Source of the DNA: Candidatus Sungbacteria bacterium RIFCSPHIGHO2_01_FULL_50_25
Lineage (GTDB): Bacteria; Patescibacteriota; Minisyncoccia; Sungbacterales; HO2-52-23
Direction of reading: 5' to 3'
NCBI GenBank assembly: GCA_001822215.1
Contig: MHQD01000026.1
Location: forward strand, 1 to 42,047
Length of the DNA: 42,047 nucleotides
Below the pieces are notes generated by a model. That model saw only the letters and a program-made list of their open reading frames with translations. It was not told the origin of the DNA and did no database searches. The position numbers were made by a program, and so were the translations under genes. This document shows, piece by piece, positions 18,562 through 28,667 of the stretch. Numbering within the stretch: the first letter of the stretch is position 1; the number at the start of each line of letters is the position of its first letter.

Positions 18562-21120
18562 TTGTTTTATAATATTTTTGTGGGCACTGCCGGAAAGAAA
18601 AAACGAAAGCGTTTCTGGCGCGTTGTGCGCTATACCGTGTTATCGGGTTTTTTTGTTTTTGTCGCTGTGACGGCGTGGGCGGCCTATGTTATTCTTCAAA
18701 ACCTCCCTGACCCAAAGCGTCTCGCTGACCGCGCGGTCGCGCAATCGACGAAAATATATGACAGGACGGAAACGATTCTTTTATACGAAATCCATGGCGA
18801 CGAGCGAAGGACCGTTGTCCCTCTTTCCGACATTCCTTTGCATGTCCGCAGCGCGACGATTGCCGCCGAGGACATTAACTTTTACACCCATATAGGCCTC
18901 GACTGGCGCGGAATCCTGCGCGCACTCATCAAAAACCTCTCTGCGGGAGACATCAGACAGGGCGGCTCAACGATTACGCAACAGCTCGTAAAAAATTCCA
19001 TTCTTTCCGCGGAGCGGACCTATACGAGAAAATTCAAAGAAGCGCTCCTTGCGCTTTCCATTGAAACAACGTATTCGAAAGACGAAATACTCGAATTGTA
19101 TTTAAACCAGATCCCCTACGGGTCAAACGCGTACGGAGTATCTGCCGCGTCCCGCATTTATTTTTCAAAACCCGTGGAGGCTCTTTCTGTCGCTGAGGCG
19201 GCAATTCTCGCGTCGCTTCTGAAGGCTCCGACATACTATTTTACGAACAAGGACGAGCTTCTCGTACGCAAGGATTGGGTTATCGGTCAAATGGCGAATG
19301 GCGGGTTTATAAGCGAAGAAGAGGCCGAAAGGGCAAAAAAGGAGCGGGTATCGTTTTCGCTCCACCCACAATCGATCATCGCGCCGCATTTCGTTCTTTA
19401 TGTGCGCGAACTTCTGAATAAGGAATACGGAGAGGATTTTGTCGAACGAGGGGGCCTTACGGTTGTGACGACCCTCGACGCTGACCTGCAGAAAGCCGCG
19501 GAGGCGGCGGTGCGGGCCGGCGCCGAACGAAACGAGCCATTGGGAATTTACAACACCGGCCTTGTCGCGATCGACCCGAACACGGGCGAAATTGTCGCGC
19601 TCGTCGGATCCCGCGACTACTGGGAGGACCCAAAACCAAAAGGATGCGCCCCCGGAATCACATGTAAATTTGACCCCCACGTCAATATCGCTCTTCGAAA
19701 GCGCCAGCCGGGGTCTGCATTCAAGCCGTTTGTGTATGCGGCCGCGTTCAAAAAAGGATACGCGCCGGAAACCGTTTTGTTTGACGCCCCCACGGAATTC
19801 AGCTCGCTATGCAACCCGGACGGAACCCCGGGTCCCGCGACCACCGACCCAAAAGCGTGCTATCATCCGCAAAACTATGATAAAAAATTCAGAGGGCCCG
19901 TGTCGCTTCGCGAGGCTCTCGCCCAAAGTCTCAATGTCCCTTCGGTAAAACTCCTCTACCTTGCGGGTGTCCGCGATTCGATTGAGACCGCGTCTCAGAT
20001 GGGTATCACGACGCTGACAGACCCCGATCGCTACGGCCTCTCGCTTGTTCTGGGCGGCGCGGAGGTAACTCTCCTTGAGATGACTTCAGCGTTCGGCGTA
20101 TTCGCAAAAGACGGGGTTTTATACCCGAAGACAGCGCTCCGCTCGGTGGAAGATCAAAAAGGGAAAATTCTGTACGAGTCGCGGCCGCGCGGAACGCCGG
20201 TTTTAGACACAGAGGTCGCTCGCACTATTACTGACATTCTTGTTGACAACAAAGCGCGGACGCCGATATTCGGCCAGGCGAGCACCCTCTACTTTCCCGA
20301 CCGGGCTGTTGCGGTTAAAACAGGGACGACGCAGGACTTCCGGGACGCATGGGTTGTGGGATACACCCCCTCGCTTGTTGTTGGTGTATGGGCGGGAAAC
20401 AATGATAACTCGTCCATCGAGCGGGAGCGTCTTTCCGCGATGGTTGCAGCACCCATTTGGCGCGAGTTTCTTGAAACCACGTTTGAAAAATCCCCTCCGG
20501 AAGACTTCACTCGCCCGGAAAAAGAACGGCCGGAAAAAGCCGTCCTGCGCGGGGTATATCGCGGCGGCCAAATAGTGCGCATTGATTCGGTTACCGGAAA
20601 ACGGGCAACGGAATTTACGCCGCCCGAGCTCGTTGTTGAGCGGGCGTACGGCTCTGTTTCGACTATTTTGGCGTCTATCGATAGGGAAAACCCGCTCGGC
20701 GATCCTCCGAAAAATCCATGGAGCGACCCCCAATATAAAAACTGGCAGGCGGGAATTGATTCTTGGCTCTCCCAAAACGCGTTTTTCCCGGGTGCGCCGC
20801 CGGAGGATTTTGATCCGCTTCACACCGAACAAAACCAGCCAAAAATCTCGTTTTCTTCATTCCCCGAGGACAGAGTATACCGCGGGACACCGGACGAGTT
20901 CCTTATCGGCGTATCGCACGTGTTCCCGCTAAAAGAAATTTCTTTTTTTATTGACGATCTTTTGGTCCAGTCGTTTGTGTCGCCGGAAGGATCTGTTTTT
21001 TCGTTTCGCGTCTCTGGCCCGCTCGCTAACGGGGCGCATTCCGTTCGCGTCCGCGTGTACGACGAGATTGGAAATACGCGGATTGACGAAACCACAATTA
21101 CGGTCCTTCCGAAAGAGTAA
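18562..21120 (+). CDS. class A penicillin-binding protein (PBP1A family; glycosyltransferase plus transpeptidase)
   Basis: 852 aa with an N-terminal TM. GT51 motifs: EDINFYTHIGLD, GGSTITQQLVKN. Transpeptidase motifs: SxxK (GSAFKPF), SxN (QSLNVPS), KTGTT. The start is uncertain: TTG at 18562 in the track, or the in-frame GTG at 18580. Confidence 0.93.
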   Translation: MFYNIFVGTAGKKKRKRFWRVVRYTVLSGFFVFVAVTAWAAYVILQNLPDPKRLADRAVAQSTKIYDRTETILLYEIHGDERRTVVPLSDIPLHVRSATIAAEDINFYTHIGLDWRGILRALIKNLSAGDIRQGGSTITQQLVKNSILSAERTYTRKFKEALLALSIETTYSKDEILELYLNQIPYGSNAYGVSAASRIYFSKPVEALSVAEAAILASLLKAPTYYFTNKDELLVRKDWVIGQMANGGFISEEEAERAKKERVSFSLHPQSIIAPHFVLYVRELLNKEYGEDFVERGGLTVVTTLDADLQKAAEAAVRAGAERNEPLGIYNTGLVAIDPNTGEIVALVGSRDYWEDPKPKGCAPGITCKFDPHVNIALRKRQPGSAFKPFVYAAAFKKGYAPETVLFDAPTEFSSLCNPDGTPGPATTDPKACYHPQNYDKKFRGPVSLREALAQSLNVPSVKLLYLAGVRDSIETASQMGITTLTDPDRYGLSLVLGGAEVTLLEMTSAFGVFAKDGVLYPKTALRSVEDQKGKILYESRPRGTPVLDTEVARTITDILVDNKARTPIFGQASTLYFPDRAVAVKTGTTQDFRDAWVVGYTPSLVVGVWAGNNDNSSIERERLSAMVAAPIWREFLETTFEKSPPEDFTRPEKERPEKAVLRGVYRGGQIVRIDSVTGKRATEFTPPELVVERAYGSVSTILASIDRENPLGDPPKNPWSDPQYKNWQAGIDSWLSQNAFFPGAPPEDFDPLHTEQNQPKISFSSFPEDRVYRGTPDEFLIGVSHVFPLKEISFFIDDLLVQSFVSPEGSVFSFRVSGPLANGAHSVRVRVYDEIGNTRIDETTITVLPKE

Positions 21121-21142
21121 TCTTTTTTCTTGGCAAGAAGCG

Positions 21143-22243
21143 TTATGTTTGGCGAATTGGCATCACCACGTAGGTGAAAGACGCGTCGTTTTTGTTTTTT
21201 ATGAGCGCGGGGGTGTTGGGGTCGTTTGCTCCGAAAAAAAGTTCGTCTTCGTCAACGCCGGAAACGCCGTCGAGGAGGAATCGGTGATTAAATTGCATGG
21301 TGAGCGGTTTTCCGTTTATCGTTGTTGGAATTGCCGCGGTGCTCGCCCCGAGTTCGCTGTTTTGCGAAGTAACTTCCAGTTTTTTTTGAGAAAAAGAAAG
21401 GTGCACGTCTTGCAGTTTTGAAGAAAAAATACTCGACGAGCGCACGGCATTTATAAGTTCTTCTTTGGGGATGAAAAGGGATGTTGAAAACGTTTTTGGT
21501 ATTATTGCGTTATATTCCGGAAACGCGCCGTCGATGAGCCGGGATAGCACTTTAATATTTTCGTTTTTTATTTCGACTTGATTTTCCCCGAAAGAAAGTG
21601 TTAATTTCACGTCTTCTGAGCTGAAAATTTTAGAAAGCTCTTGGCTTATTTTTGTGGGGAGAGTGCAGTTTTTTGTTGTTTCCTCTTGTTGTGGTTCTGT
21701 TTTTACTTTTTTTTCCGCGAGGCGGAATGTGTCGGTTGCCGCGACAATATATTCGTTTTTTGAGAGCCGTAAGAACACTCCGTTCAGCTCCGGCTTAAAT
21801 TCAGAAAAAGAAATGGCCGGAATCACTCGCTCAAGCGCCGCTGAAAAATCGGCGGATTGGATGTAATACTGCTCTGTTTTTTTTATTTTTGGAATAATTG
21901 GAAAGTCGTCCGGATCCAATCCGTTTATTTTGCCGTCGCGAACGGCCGTTTTTATGATTAAATTTTTGTTTTTCTCTTCAAGGTGCACCTCTTTTTCTTT
22001 TATTGACTGAATGAATTGTTGAAGTATTCGCGCCGGAACACTAATAACCCCCCTACTACTTACCTGCGCAGGGACGGATATTTGAAACGCGTATTCGAGA
22101 TTTGTGGCTGTAATACAAAGCGTATTTTCTTGCGCTTCTAATAAAAGAGTGCTCACTATCGGTAAATTTATATTTTTACCAGTAAAGCGCTCCGCGAGCG
22201 ATATCGCATTTTCTAAAACTTCTTTTACACAGACACACTTCAT
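21143..22243 (-). CDS. dnaN: DNA polymerase III beta sliding clamp
   Basis: 366 aa. The N-terminus reads MKCVCVKEVLENAISLAERFTGKNINLPIVSTLLLEA..LCITATNLEYAF. It lies immediately downstream of dnaA. Confidence 0.93.
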   Translation of the reverse strand: MKCVCVKEVLENAISLAERFTGKNINLPIVSTLLLEAQENTLCITATNLEYAFQISVPAQVSSRGVISVPARILQQFIQSIKEKEVHLEEKNKNLIIKTAVRDGKINGLDPDDFPIIPKIKKTEQYYIQSADFSAALERVIPAISFSEFKPELNGVFLRLSKNEYIVAATDTFRLAEKKVKTEPQQEETTKNCTLPTKISQELSKIFSSEDVKLTLSFGENQVEIKNENIKVLSRLIDGAFPEYNAIIPKTFSTSLFIPKEELINAVRSSSIFSSKLQDVHLSFSQKKLEVTSQNSELGASTAAIPTTINGKPLTMQFNHRFLLDGVSGVDEDELFFGANDPNTPALIKNKNDASFTYVVMPIRQT

Positions 22244-22364
22244 AATAATAAATATAGTTTATATACTATTACTTATTGTTATTATTAGTAGGGAAAACAA
22301 AAGGAAAGCTTTTTAAAATCAATACACAAAAGGAATATACCTAAAAACATCTATACGGGAAAGA

Positions 22365-22373
22365 TGTGAATAA
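22365..22373. promoter_or_regulatory. consensus DnaA box in the AT-rich dnaA-dnaN spacer
   Basis: TGTGAATAA is the reverse complement of TTATTCACA and matches TTATNCACA at 9/9 positions. The surrounding 154-nt spacer is very AT-rich. Confidence 0.45.
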
Positions 22374-22397
22374 AATGGTGATATAAAAAAATAAAAT

Positions 22398-23777
22398 TTA
22401 TTCACTAAAAATTTTTTCCCGTATCAACCTAATTTCTTCTTCCAACTCGATGTTTTTCTTCAGCTCCTCCCCAATTTTTTCACAAGAATGAATCGCGGTC
22501 GTATGGTCCCGGCCCCCGAACCTGTCTCCGATAGACGGGTACGAAAATTTAAGTTCGTTGCGCAAAAGGAACATGGCGATCTGGCGCGGCTTCACAAAAT
22601 CTTTTTTTCGGGAACTCGTCATCAAATCTCGCTCCTTAATATCATAAAAATCAGATACCGATTTTATTATTTTTTTTGCGGAAACGAATTTTTTAGGAGT
22701 GAGAGCGTGAGTAACAAGGAGTTTTTCAACCTGTTCTTTGGTGACGGGGGTGTTTGATATTTTCGCGCTCATAACCACCTTATTCAAAACCCCCTCAAGC
22801 TCGCGGATATTCGTTTTTATTCGCTCCGCGATGAGGCGGAGCGCGTCTTCGGGGACCAAAACCTTTTTTTCGTCGGCTTTTGTCTTGAGGATGAGAAAAC
22901 GCGTTTCCACGTCCGGAACCCCGATATCCGCGATCATTCCCCCTTCAAAACGAGATTTTAAGCGTTCTTCCAGTGTCGCGATTGCCTGTGGCGGGCGATC
23001 GGAAGAAATGATAATCTGCTTGTTTTTTTCATAGAGCGCATTAAACGTGTGAAAAAACTCCTCCTGCATTTTCTCAGTCCGAGCAATAAATTGAATATCA
23101 TCCATGATTAATAAATCTACCGCCCGGTATTTTTCTTTCAACCGGTTCATCTCCTGGTTTTTCAGCGCATCAACAACCTCCCCCATGTATTTTTCTGACG
23201 AAAGGTATTTAACCTTTTTCTGGGGAAATTGTTTCAGTATTTCGTTTCCGACCGCCTGAATAAGATGCGTTTTCCCGAGTCCGACCCCGCCGTAGATAAA
23301 AAACGGATTATACCCGATTCCGGGGTTTTTAATTATCGATTGCGCCGCCGCATACGCCAGCTCGTTGAAAGAACCGACAATAAAATTCGTAAACGAGTAG
23401 CGCGGGTTTAAATTTGTCTCCGGGTCAACAGAAAGTTCCCGAATCGATGCGTCGTCCGACTGGGAAGGAGCGGCGGCGGATGAACGCCGTTTTTTCGCCT
23501 GGTCTTTTTGTATGGACGACAGGCCGCGCTCCGGGCGCGCAATAACATACGAAACATCTTTTATTTCAGGCGTGATTTCCCGCAGCGCGTGGAGTATGGA
23601 CTTGTGGTATTTGTTTTGGAGCCATTCCTTTACAAATCCATTCGGAACATATACAGTCGCAAGGCCCGCGTCCACCCCCATAATACCGGTTTCTTGAAAC
23701 CACGTTATGAAATTCGGCCGCGAGATCGCTGGTTCAAGTTTCGCAAGTGTCGCTTGCCAAAGTTCGTTACGTTCCAT
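22398..23777 (-). CDS. dnaA: chromosomal replication initiator protein DnaA
   Basis: 459 aa. It has the AAA+ Walker A GGVGLGKTHL, Walker B DLLIMDDIQF and a C-terminal DNA-binding domain (FGGRDHTTAIHSCEKI). Confidence 0.97.
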   Translation of the reverse strand: MERNELWQATLAKLEPAISRPNFITWFQETGIMGVDAGLATVYVPNGFVKEWLQNKYHKSILHALREITPEIKDVSYVIARPERGLSSIQKDQAKKRRSSAAAPSQSDDASIRELSVDPETNLNPRYSFTNFIVGSFNELAYAAAQSIIKNPGIGYNPFFIYGGVGLGKTHLIQAVGNEILKQFPQKKVKYLSSEKYMGEVVDALKNQEMNRLKEKYRAVDLLIMDDIQFIARTEKMQEEFFHTFNALYEKNKQIIISSDRPPQAIATLEERLKSRFEGGMIADIGVPDVETRFLILKTKADEKKVLVPEDALRLIAERIKTNIRELEGVLNKVVMSAKISNTPVTKEQVEKLLVTHALTPKKFVSAKKIIKSVSDFYDIKERDLMTSSRKKDFVKPRQIAMFLLRNELKFSYPSIGDRFGGRDHTTAIHSCEKIGEELKKNIELEEEIRLIREKIFSE

Positions 23778-23952
23778 GGACGAGAGGTAAAAAGTTTGTA
23801 ATGGAAAAAATGAAGCCCCACGAGATACCGCGTATTATACCGAAGTGCGAGCAAAAGACTCTAGTGCACATATGTGGAAATGCTGTTGAAGATATGTTAA
23901 TTATTATGTAGACTAAAACAACCGGTCGAAAATCCTAAAAGACAAAAAAGAC

Positions 23953-24087
23953 ATGTCTGTTACGTATCAACCATCAAAAAGGAAACGGAAGAAAACTCAC
24001 GGATTCCGCGCCCGGATGAAGTCGAGTCGGGGGAGGCGAGTCCTTTCGAGACGAAGAAAGAAGGGGCGCGCGCGCATGGCGGTATAA
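23953..24087 (+). CDS. rpmH: 50S ribosomal protein L34
   Basis: Hand translation, 44 aa: [44 protein letters not shown]. It is too short for the ORF track. It occupies the classical position upstream of rnpA. Confidence 0.93.
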   Translation: MSVTYQPSKRKRKKTHGFRARMKSSRGRRVLSRRRKKGRARMAV

Positions 24088-24095
24088 AACAAAAA

Positions 24096-24422
24096 ATGCG
24101 GCTGGATCGACTGAGCGAAAAAAACGACATTAAGAAACTTTTTCGAGGCGGACGAAGGGCGCGAACTCCCCTTTTTTCTTTTCTCTGGCTGAAGAACGAC
24201 CGGAAACACCAAAGAATCCTTTGCGTCGTCACGAAAAAAAACATAAAGTCGTCTGTCGCGAGAAACAGAGTACGGCGCCGCGTCAACGAGTGGTTTCGTA
24301 AAAACAAAGACCCCTCTTCCCCCATCGATATTTTGGTTGTTGTTGACGGGAAGGCGGCGGGCGCCCCCAAAAAAGCATTTTATAAAGACCTGTCAGATGG
24401 AGCAAAAAAAATTACTTTATAA
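24096..24422 (+). CDS. rnpA: ribonuclease P protein component
   Basis: A 108-aa basic protein with the RNR-type motif [14 protein letters not shown]. It follows rpmH. Confidence 0.9.
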   Translation: MRLDRLSEKNDIKKLFRGGRRARTPLFSFLWLKNDRKHQRILCVVTKKNIKSSVARNRVRRRVNEWFRKNKDPSSPIDILVVVDGKAAGAPKKAFYKDLSDGAKKITL

Positions 24423-24675
24423 GAACAAAAGACCGCACATTCTTCGCTTTTACCAAGCACTTGTGTCGCCTGACACCGGCGTGTTTCGCCACTTTTTCGT
24501 TTCTCTCGGTTTTTTTGCGCCGCAGAGCGGGTGCCGATTTGTTCCGTCCTGTTCAGACTACGCCGCCGAATCGATTAGTCAATATGGACTTTTTCGTGGA
24601 AGCGTGATGCTGCTTCGCCGGATCTTTCGTTGCCACCCGTTCTCTCGCGGCGGATACGACCCGGTTTTAAAATAG
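24397..24675 (+). CDS. yidD: membrane protein insertion efficiency factor YidD
   Basis: It has the conserved core [31 protein letters not shown]. The likely start is the internal ATG at 24397 of ORF 24337..24675. Confidence 0.88.
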   Translation: MEQKKLLYKNKRPHILRFYQALVSPDTGVFRHFFVSLGFFAPQSGCRFVPSCSDYAAESISQYGLFRGSVMLLRRIFRCHPFSRGGYDPVLK

Positions 24676-24681
24676 ATTCGC

Positions 24682-25440
24682 ATGGAAATTCTTTCAACGC
24701 TCTATACCGAAGCAATTTGGAGGCCGCTATTTAGTGCCATCGTGTTTTTATATTCCACCATCCCCGGCGGGGATTTCGGCGTTACCGTAATCGTATTTAC
24801 TGTTCTGTTTCGCATCGTTTCGTTTCCGCTCCATTGGAAAGCGCGCCGCGCACAGCAGGCCCTCGCCTTTATCCAGCCCGAAATGAAAAAAATTCAGGAA
24901 AAGCACAAAAACGACCGGGAAGCGCAGGGGCGCGCGCTTATGGAGCTCTATGCGCAAAAAAAAGTAAATCCGTTTTCCGGCTGCCTGCCAATACTCATTC
25001 AGCTTCCCATCCTCATCGCGCTTTTCCAAATATTTCAAGGGGGGTTTGATGCAAATAACCTCGCGTATATATATTCGTTCATACCAAGCCCCGAATCCAT
25101 CAACCCGCTGGCCTTCGGGTTTCTCGATCTCTCAAAAGGGAACATCGTATTGGGATTTTTTGCGGCGCTGTCGCAGTATATTCAGACGAAAATCACCCTT
25201 CCTCCCAAACCCCCGCCGTCCGACAAGCCCGATTTTTCAAGCATGTTTCAAAAGCAAACACTTTACATGCTTCCGCTCCTTGTCCTCTTTTGGTCCTACA
25301 CCCTGCCCGCGGCGCTCACGTTCTACTGGACAATTTCAAATATTTTTGGTATTGTGCAGGACACCGTCTTGAATCGCAGTGCAAAAAAAAGCAGTTCGGG
25401 CGACGGCGCGAGCAATGGATATTCAAACACTCACAAATGA
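24682..25440 (+). CDS. yidC: YidC/Oxa1 family membrane protein insertase (short form)
   Basis: 252 aa. PLHWKARRAQQALAFIQPEMKKIQEKHKND..MELYAQKKVNPFSGCLPILIQLPILIALF is the YidC core. Confidence 0.9.
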   Translation: MEILSTLYTEAIWRPLFSAIVFLYSTIPGGDFGVTVIVFTVLFRIVSFPLHWKARRAQQALAFIQPEMKKIQEKHKNDREAQGRALMELYAQKKVNPFSGCLPILIQLPILIALFQIFQGGFDANNLAYIYSFIPSPESINPLAFGFLDLSKGNIVLGFFAALSQYIQTKITLPPKPPPSDKPDFSSMFQKQTLYMLPLLVLFWSYTLPAALTFYWTISNIFGIVQDTVLNRSAKKSSSGDGASNGYSNTHK

Positions 25441-25873
25441 AATTAGATCGTTCTTCGGCTCTATGGGGTTTGGCGAGGACGTCGAAGCCGTTGACGGATT
25501 TCAAGGAATGACCGTCCGCGTAAGCGTCCACATGAAAAAGGAATCAAACCTGCTTATCGGAGAGCACGGCAATAATCTGTTTGCGCTCGAGCACATACTG
25601 AAAAAATACATCCGGGCAAAAACCGCAGAAGAGGACGTGAAGTTTACCCTCGACATCAACGACTATCGGATGAAAAAAATGGAGGATTTGAAGCAGGACG
25701 TGAAAACGGCGGCGAAAAACGTGCGGCTCTATAAAAAAGAGGTCCCCCTTCGGCCGATGTCGTCTTTCGAGCGGCGGATCGTCCACCTGCTCCTCGCGGA
25801 ATACCCGGATATCACCACAGAATCAATTGGAGACGAGCCGCAGCGGCGAGTCATCATAAAACCCTATCCTTAA
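25415..25873 (+). CDS. jag: Jag/KhpB-type RNA-binding protein (KH plus R3H domains)
   Basis: It has the R3H motif PMSSFERRIVHLLLAEYPDITTESIGDEPQRRVIIKP and follows yidC. The start is either ATG 25415 or 25379. Confidence 0.8.
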   Translation: MDIQTLTNEIRSFFGSMGFGEDVEAVDGFQGMTVRVSVHMKKESNLLIGEHGNNLFALEHILKKYIRAKTAEEDVKFTLDINDYRMKKMEDLKQDVKTAAKNVRLYKKEVPLRPMSSFERRIVHLLLAEYPDITTESIGDEPQRRVIIKPYP

Positions 25874-25876
25874 CAC

Positions 25877-25914
25877 AAAAAAATTCCTCCGGTGCCACAC
25901 CGGAGGAATTTTTA
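25877..25914. terminator. bidirectional intrinsic terminator between convergent jag and the T4SS-like operon
   Basis: AAATTCCTCCGGTG-CCA-CACCGGAGGAATTT: a 14-bp stem flanked by A- and T-runs. Confidence 0.75.
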
Positions 25915-25922
25915 CGTGAGCA

Positions 25923-27140
25923 CTACTTCGCGACGTCGATCCCCCAAACCCCTCCGGTTATGCGGTCGACAAAAAAGATATATTTTTCGTCTTTGGTGAC
26001 GCGCAGGTTCGTCATATCATAGCCGCCGTCGTTGAATACGCCAGAGACGGCCTTTGTTTTTATGTTAAAAAGCGCAATGCGGTCGTTCGTGTTCAAGTCG
26101 CCCCGCAAATAGTCGTCCGGCATAAGCGCGTCTTGCGGAATTCCCCGAGGAACCGCACAGTACACCTTCTCTTCTCCTACCCACGTGCATTTTTCCGGCA
26201 GTGTCTGGAAATCCGGTTTTGCAATCTCTTTCCCGGTCGAGTCATGCACCGCGAGCGTCGCAGTCTTTCCCGACCTATCGGTCGATCCCACCAATACGCG
26301 CCCCCCGCCAGGCGACCACAGCGAAGAAAGGCCGTTTGAGGGACCCAAAAATCTTCTAAGTTCGCCGGTTGACCTCGCGAAGAGGAAAACGTATCCCGGT
26401 GCTGTTCCAGAGGGGTTTGTTTCAAGGGCGAACCGCTCGGACGCCGGCCAAGAAACGCGAACGCCGCGCACCGGCGTTCGAAAGATTATTTTTTGGTTTT
26501 TTCCGGACGCGTCAGCAGTCGATACAAGCGTTTCTCCGTCTTTTTCAGTTACGTAGACAAGAGACGATCCGGCGCTGGACCACGCAATGCTTTTTATCCC
26601 GGTCGGGAGAGTCGCGACGCTCGAGGTTCCGATGCTTTTAAAAAGGAACGATTTTACAATATCGCCGTCAAGGTACGAAACAGCCGCGCGGTCGCGAGTC
26701 GGAGACCACACCGCGTTAAAAAGCCCGATGACGGTAATCGTAGAAAGGGATTCGTGTGTTCCCGACGGGAACGAAAAAGCGCCGATTTCCCCGCCCTCCT
26801 TTTTGAAATAGTAGAGTTTGTCCTCGGCGCGCGAAAGCTCGATTGAAAGCGCTGGCGTCTCTGTGACAGGAAAAAGACGCGTCTGGATGCCGCTCGCAAT
26901 GGGAATTTCAACGCCAGAGCCCTCTTGGATCGGGCCCTCGCCGAATCCAGGAGATCGGCCGGCACCCGGCCCCGCTTCGGGAAATCCGGACACCGGTTCG
27001 CCGACTATCTCCGGCGGCTTTTCGCCGCCGCCCTCCCCGGTGCGGAAGATGAAAAGGTATGTGAGGAGCGTTCCGGTGCCGAAAAGAATGACCGCGATGC
27101 CGATGTAGACGATTAGTTTTTTTTGTGACAGTTCGTTCAT
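25923..27140 (-). CDS. membrane-anchored TolB-like beta-propeller protein (last gene of the operon)
   Basis: 405 aa. It has an N-terminal TM (LIVYIGIAVILFGTGTLLTYLFIF) and a Gly/Pro linker. Recurring blade-like motifs follow: AVWSPTRDRAAVSY, IAWSSAGSSLVYV, VSWPASERFALE, SLWSPGGGRVLVGS. Confidence 0.65.
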   Translation of the reverse strand: MNELSQKKLIVYIGIAVILFGTGTLLTYLFIFRTGEGGGEKPPEIVGEPVSGFPEAGPGAGRSPGFGEGPIQEGSGVEIPIASGIQTRLFPVTETPALSIELSRAEDKLYYFKKEGGEIGAFSFPSGTHESLSTITVIGLFNAVWSPTRDRAAVSYLDGDIVKSFLFKSIGTSSVATLPTGIKSIAWSSAGSSLVYVTEKDGETLVSTADASGKNQKIIFRTPVRGVRVSWPASERFALETNPSGTAPGYVFLFARSTGELRRFLGPSNGLSSLWSPGGGRVLVGSTDRSGKTATLAVHDSTGKEIAKPDFQTLPEKCTWVGEEKVYCAVPRGIPQDALMPDDYLRGDLNTNDRIALFNIKTKAVSGVFNDGGYDMTNLRVTKDEKYIFFVDRITGGVWGIDVAK

Positions 27141-27145
27141 GCGCG

Positions 27146-27628
27146 CTATTTTTTCTTCTCAATAAGCGGGAGGTTTATATCAAAATTTTTCACTAAATTC
27201 GGGTTAATGATAGAAAGAGTGAGGTATGATACAAGCGCCACCACGAGCCCAAGCACTGCGTTATACATCGCTTTTTTCGCTTCCGCGGTTCCCCCCTCGG
27301 TCGGCATCATGTAGCGTATCGCGCCGTAGGTAAACATAAAAAACGCGGTAAGCGCGACAAGACTTATGCCGTAGGTATAGATTTTCGAAAAAAGATCGCT
27401 CGGCTTTGCAACGTCGGTCAGAAATTCAAGTCCGGGAATGGCCTTGGACGCCGCCGCGACGCCAAGGTCAACGCACTGCCCCCCCGTCGCGCTTTTGCAG
27501 AGAATCTGGGCGTGAACAGCAAAGGGAGCCGCCACAACGATTCCGAAAACAAGCATAACCCCTGCTGCTCTGGCTCCCCGATTGAGGTTTCTCAATAATA
27601 AGGCGAAAAAAAGCGTTGGTGCGCGCAT
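27146..27628 (-). CDS. candidate VirB2/TrbC-type T4SS pilin
   Basis: 160 aa. A long signal sequence ends in AVHA. A Cys pair follows (CKSATGGQC), then two hydrophobic helices (IYTYGISLVALTAFFMFTYGAI, AVLGLVVALVSYLTLSII). This is the VirB2-like topology, and the gene is in a VirB3/B4/B6 neighbourhood. Confidence 0.5.
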   Translation of the reverse strand: MRAPTLFFALLLRNLNRGARAAGVMLVFGIVVAAPFAVHAQILCKSATGGQCVDLGVAAASKAIPGLEFLTDVAKPSDLFSKIYTYGISLVALTAFFMFTYGAIRYMMPTEGGTAEAKKAMYNAVLGLVVALVSYLTLSIINPNLVKNFDINLPLIEKKK

Positions 27629-27629
27629 G

Positions 27630-28667
27630 CTATTGTATGAATATGGTAAGCGATTTTATTACCGGAAGGAGAAAGGCGTTTTTCAATGAGGACGCGGTCG
27701 CGGACACCGAAAGCGAAACGGCTTGGATTCCTTCGGTCTTTAATGTAAGAAACTGCGGGTTTTGGGCGGCGGGTTCTATCGACGTTCCCCCGACCTTCCA
27801 GGCGTACGCGATATTTTTTCTTCCTCCGGGGAAAAAGAAGGGCTCCGCAACAAGGTCGATGAGCTCCCCTTTTGCTGCGTGGATGAGCGTGTGCGCGGAG
27901 CGGTATTCTGTTCCGCCGACAGGAGAATAGCGATAGACCGACACCAGCGGATTGCGGTTTATGATGAAAAGCGACCCCTCCTTTTTTACGGTTTTTCCGA
28001 GGTCTTCAATTGAGACGCGCACCCAGTGAGACCCGTTCGGGATTTTCGACGTCTGTATTCCGATAGACTGTTTCCCGATCCCCGACGCGAACTTTTTTTC
28101 ATCCCCCAGACTCCATTGGTAGACGAGATTTTTCGGGTCAATCATTTTTCCGCCAGAAGCGATTTCTGGAAGCGCGGTGACATATACGGTTGATCCAGGA
28201 ACCGCGAGCGCTTTTCCGGTAAACCACGCGGGTACGTGCGTATCCGCGTGCCAGACGAGCGAAAGATCGGATACGCGGATCGTTGCAGACATTGTGGCGA
28301 CTTGTTTGTCCAAGGCGGTTGCGCGTACCGATACGCTTATCGCGCTTCCGATCCCTCCCGCGGTTATTTCCGCGGAGTACTTTCCCCTGCCTGAAAGGTC
28401 GGAACGAAATTGCCCGTTTATGGTCCACTCAAAGAATGTCGTATCTTTGTTGAATATCGGGGTTACTGCTTGAAGAATCACTTTTTCTCCCGGGGCAGGC
28501 GAAGACGGGACCGCGGTGATTGACGCCGGCGGCTCGAGTTGCGGAAAAGAAATCTGCGCGCCCGCGAAAAAAGGAAGAGCGAACAAAAACGACCCGATTG
28601 CGGCAGTTTGTACGAGATGCCCCATACCGCCTATTATATACCGCTTTTTCTCTCTTGTGGACGTCAT
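27630..28667 (-). CDS. hypothetical secreted beta-rich protein
   Basis: 345 aa with a signal peptide (AAIGSFLFALPFFAGAQ). ATGA overlap with the upstream VirB4 gene indicates translational coupling. No family recognised. Confidence 0.65.
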   Translation of the reverse strand: MTSTREKKRYIIGGMGHLVQTAAIGSFLFALPFFAGAQISFPQLEPPASITAVPSSPAPGEKVILQAVTPIFNKDTTFFEWTINGQFRSDLSGRGKYSAEITAGGIGSAISVSVRATALDKQVATMSATIRVSDLSLVWHADTHVPAWFTGKALAVPGSTVYVTALPEIASGGKMIDPKNLVYQWSLGDEKKFASGIGKQSIGIQTSKIPNGSHWVRVSIEDLGKTVKKEGSLFIINRNPLVSVYRYSPVGGTEYRSAHTLIHAAKGELIDLVAEPFFFPGGRKNIAYAWKVGGTSIEPAAQNPQFLTLKTEGIQAVSLSVSATASSLKNAFLLPVIKSLTIFIQ

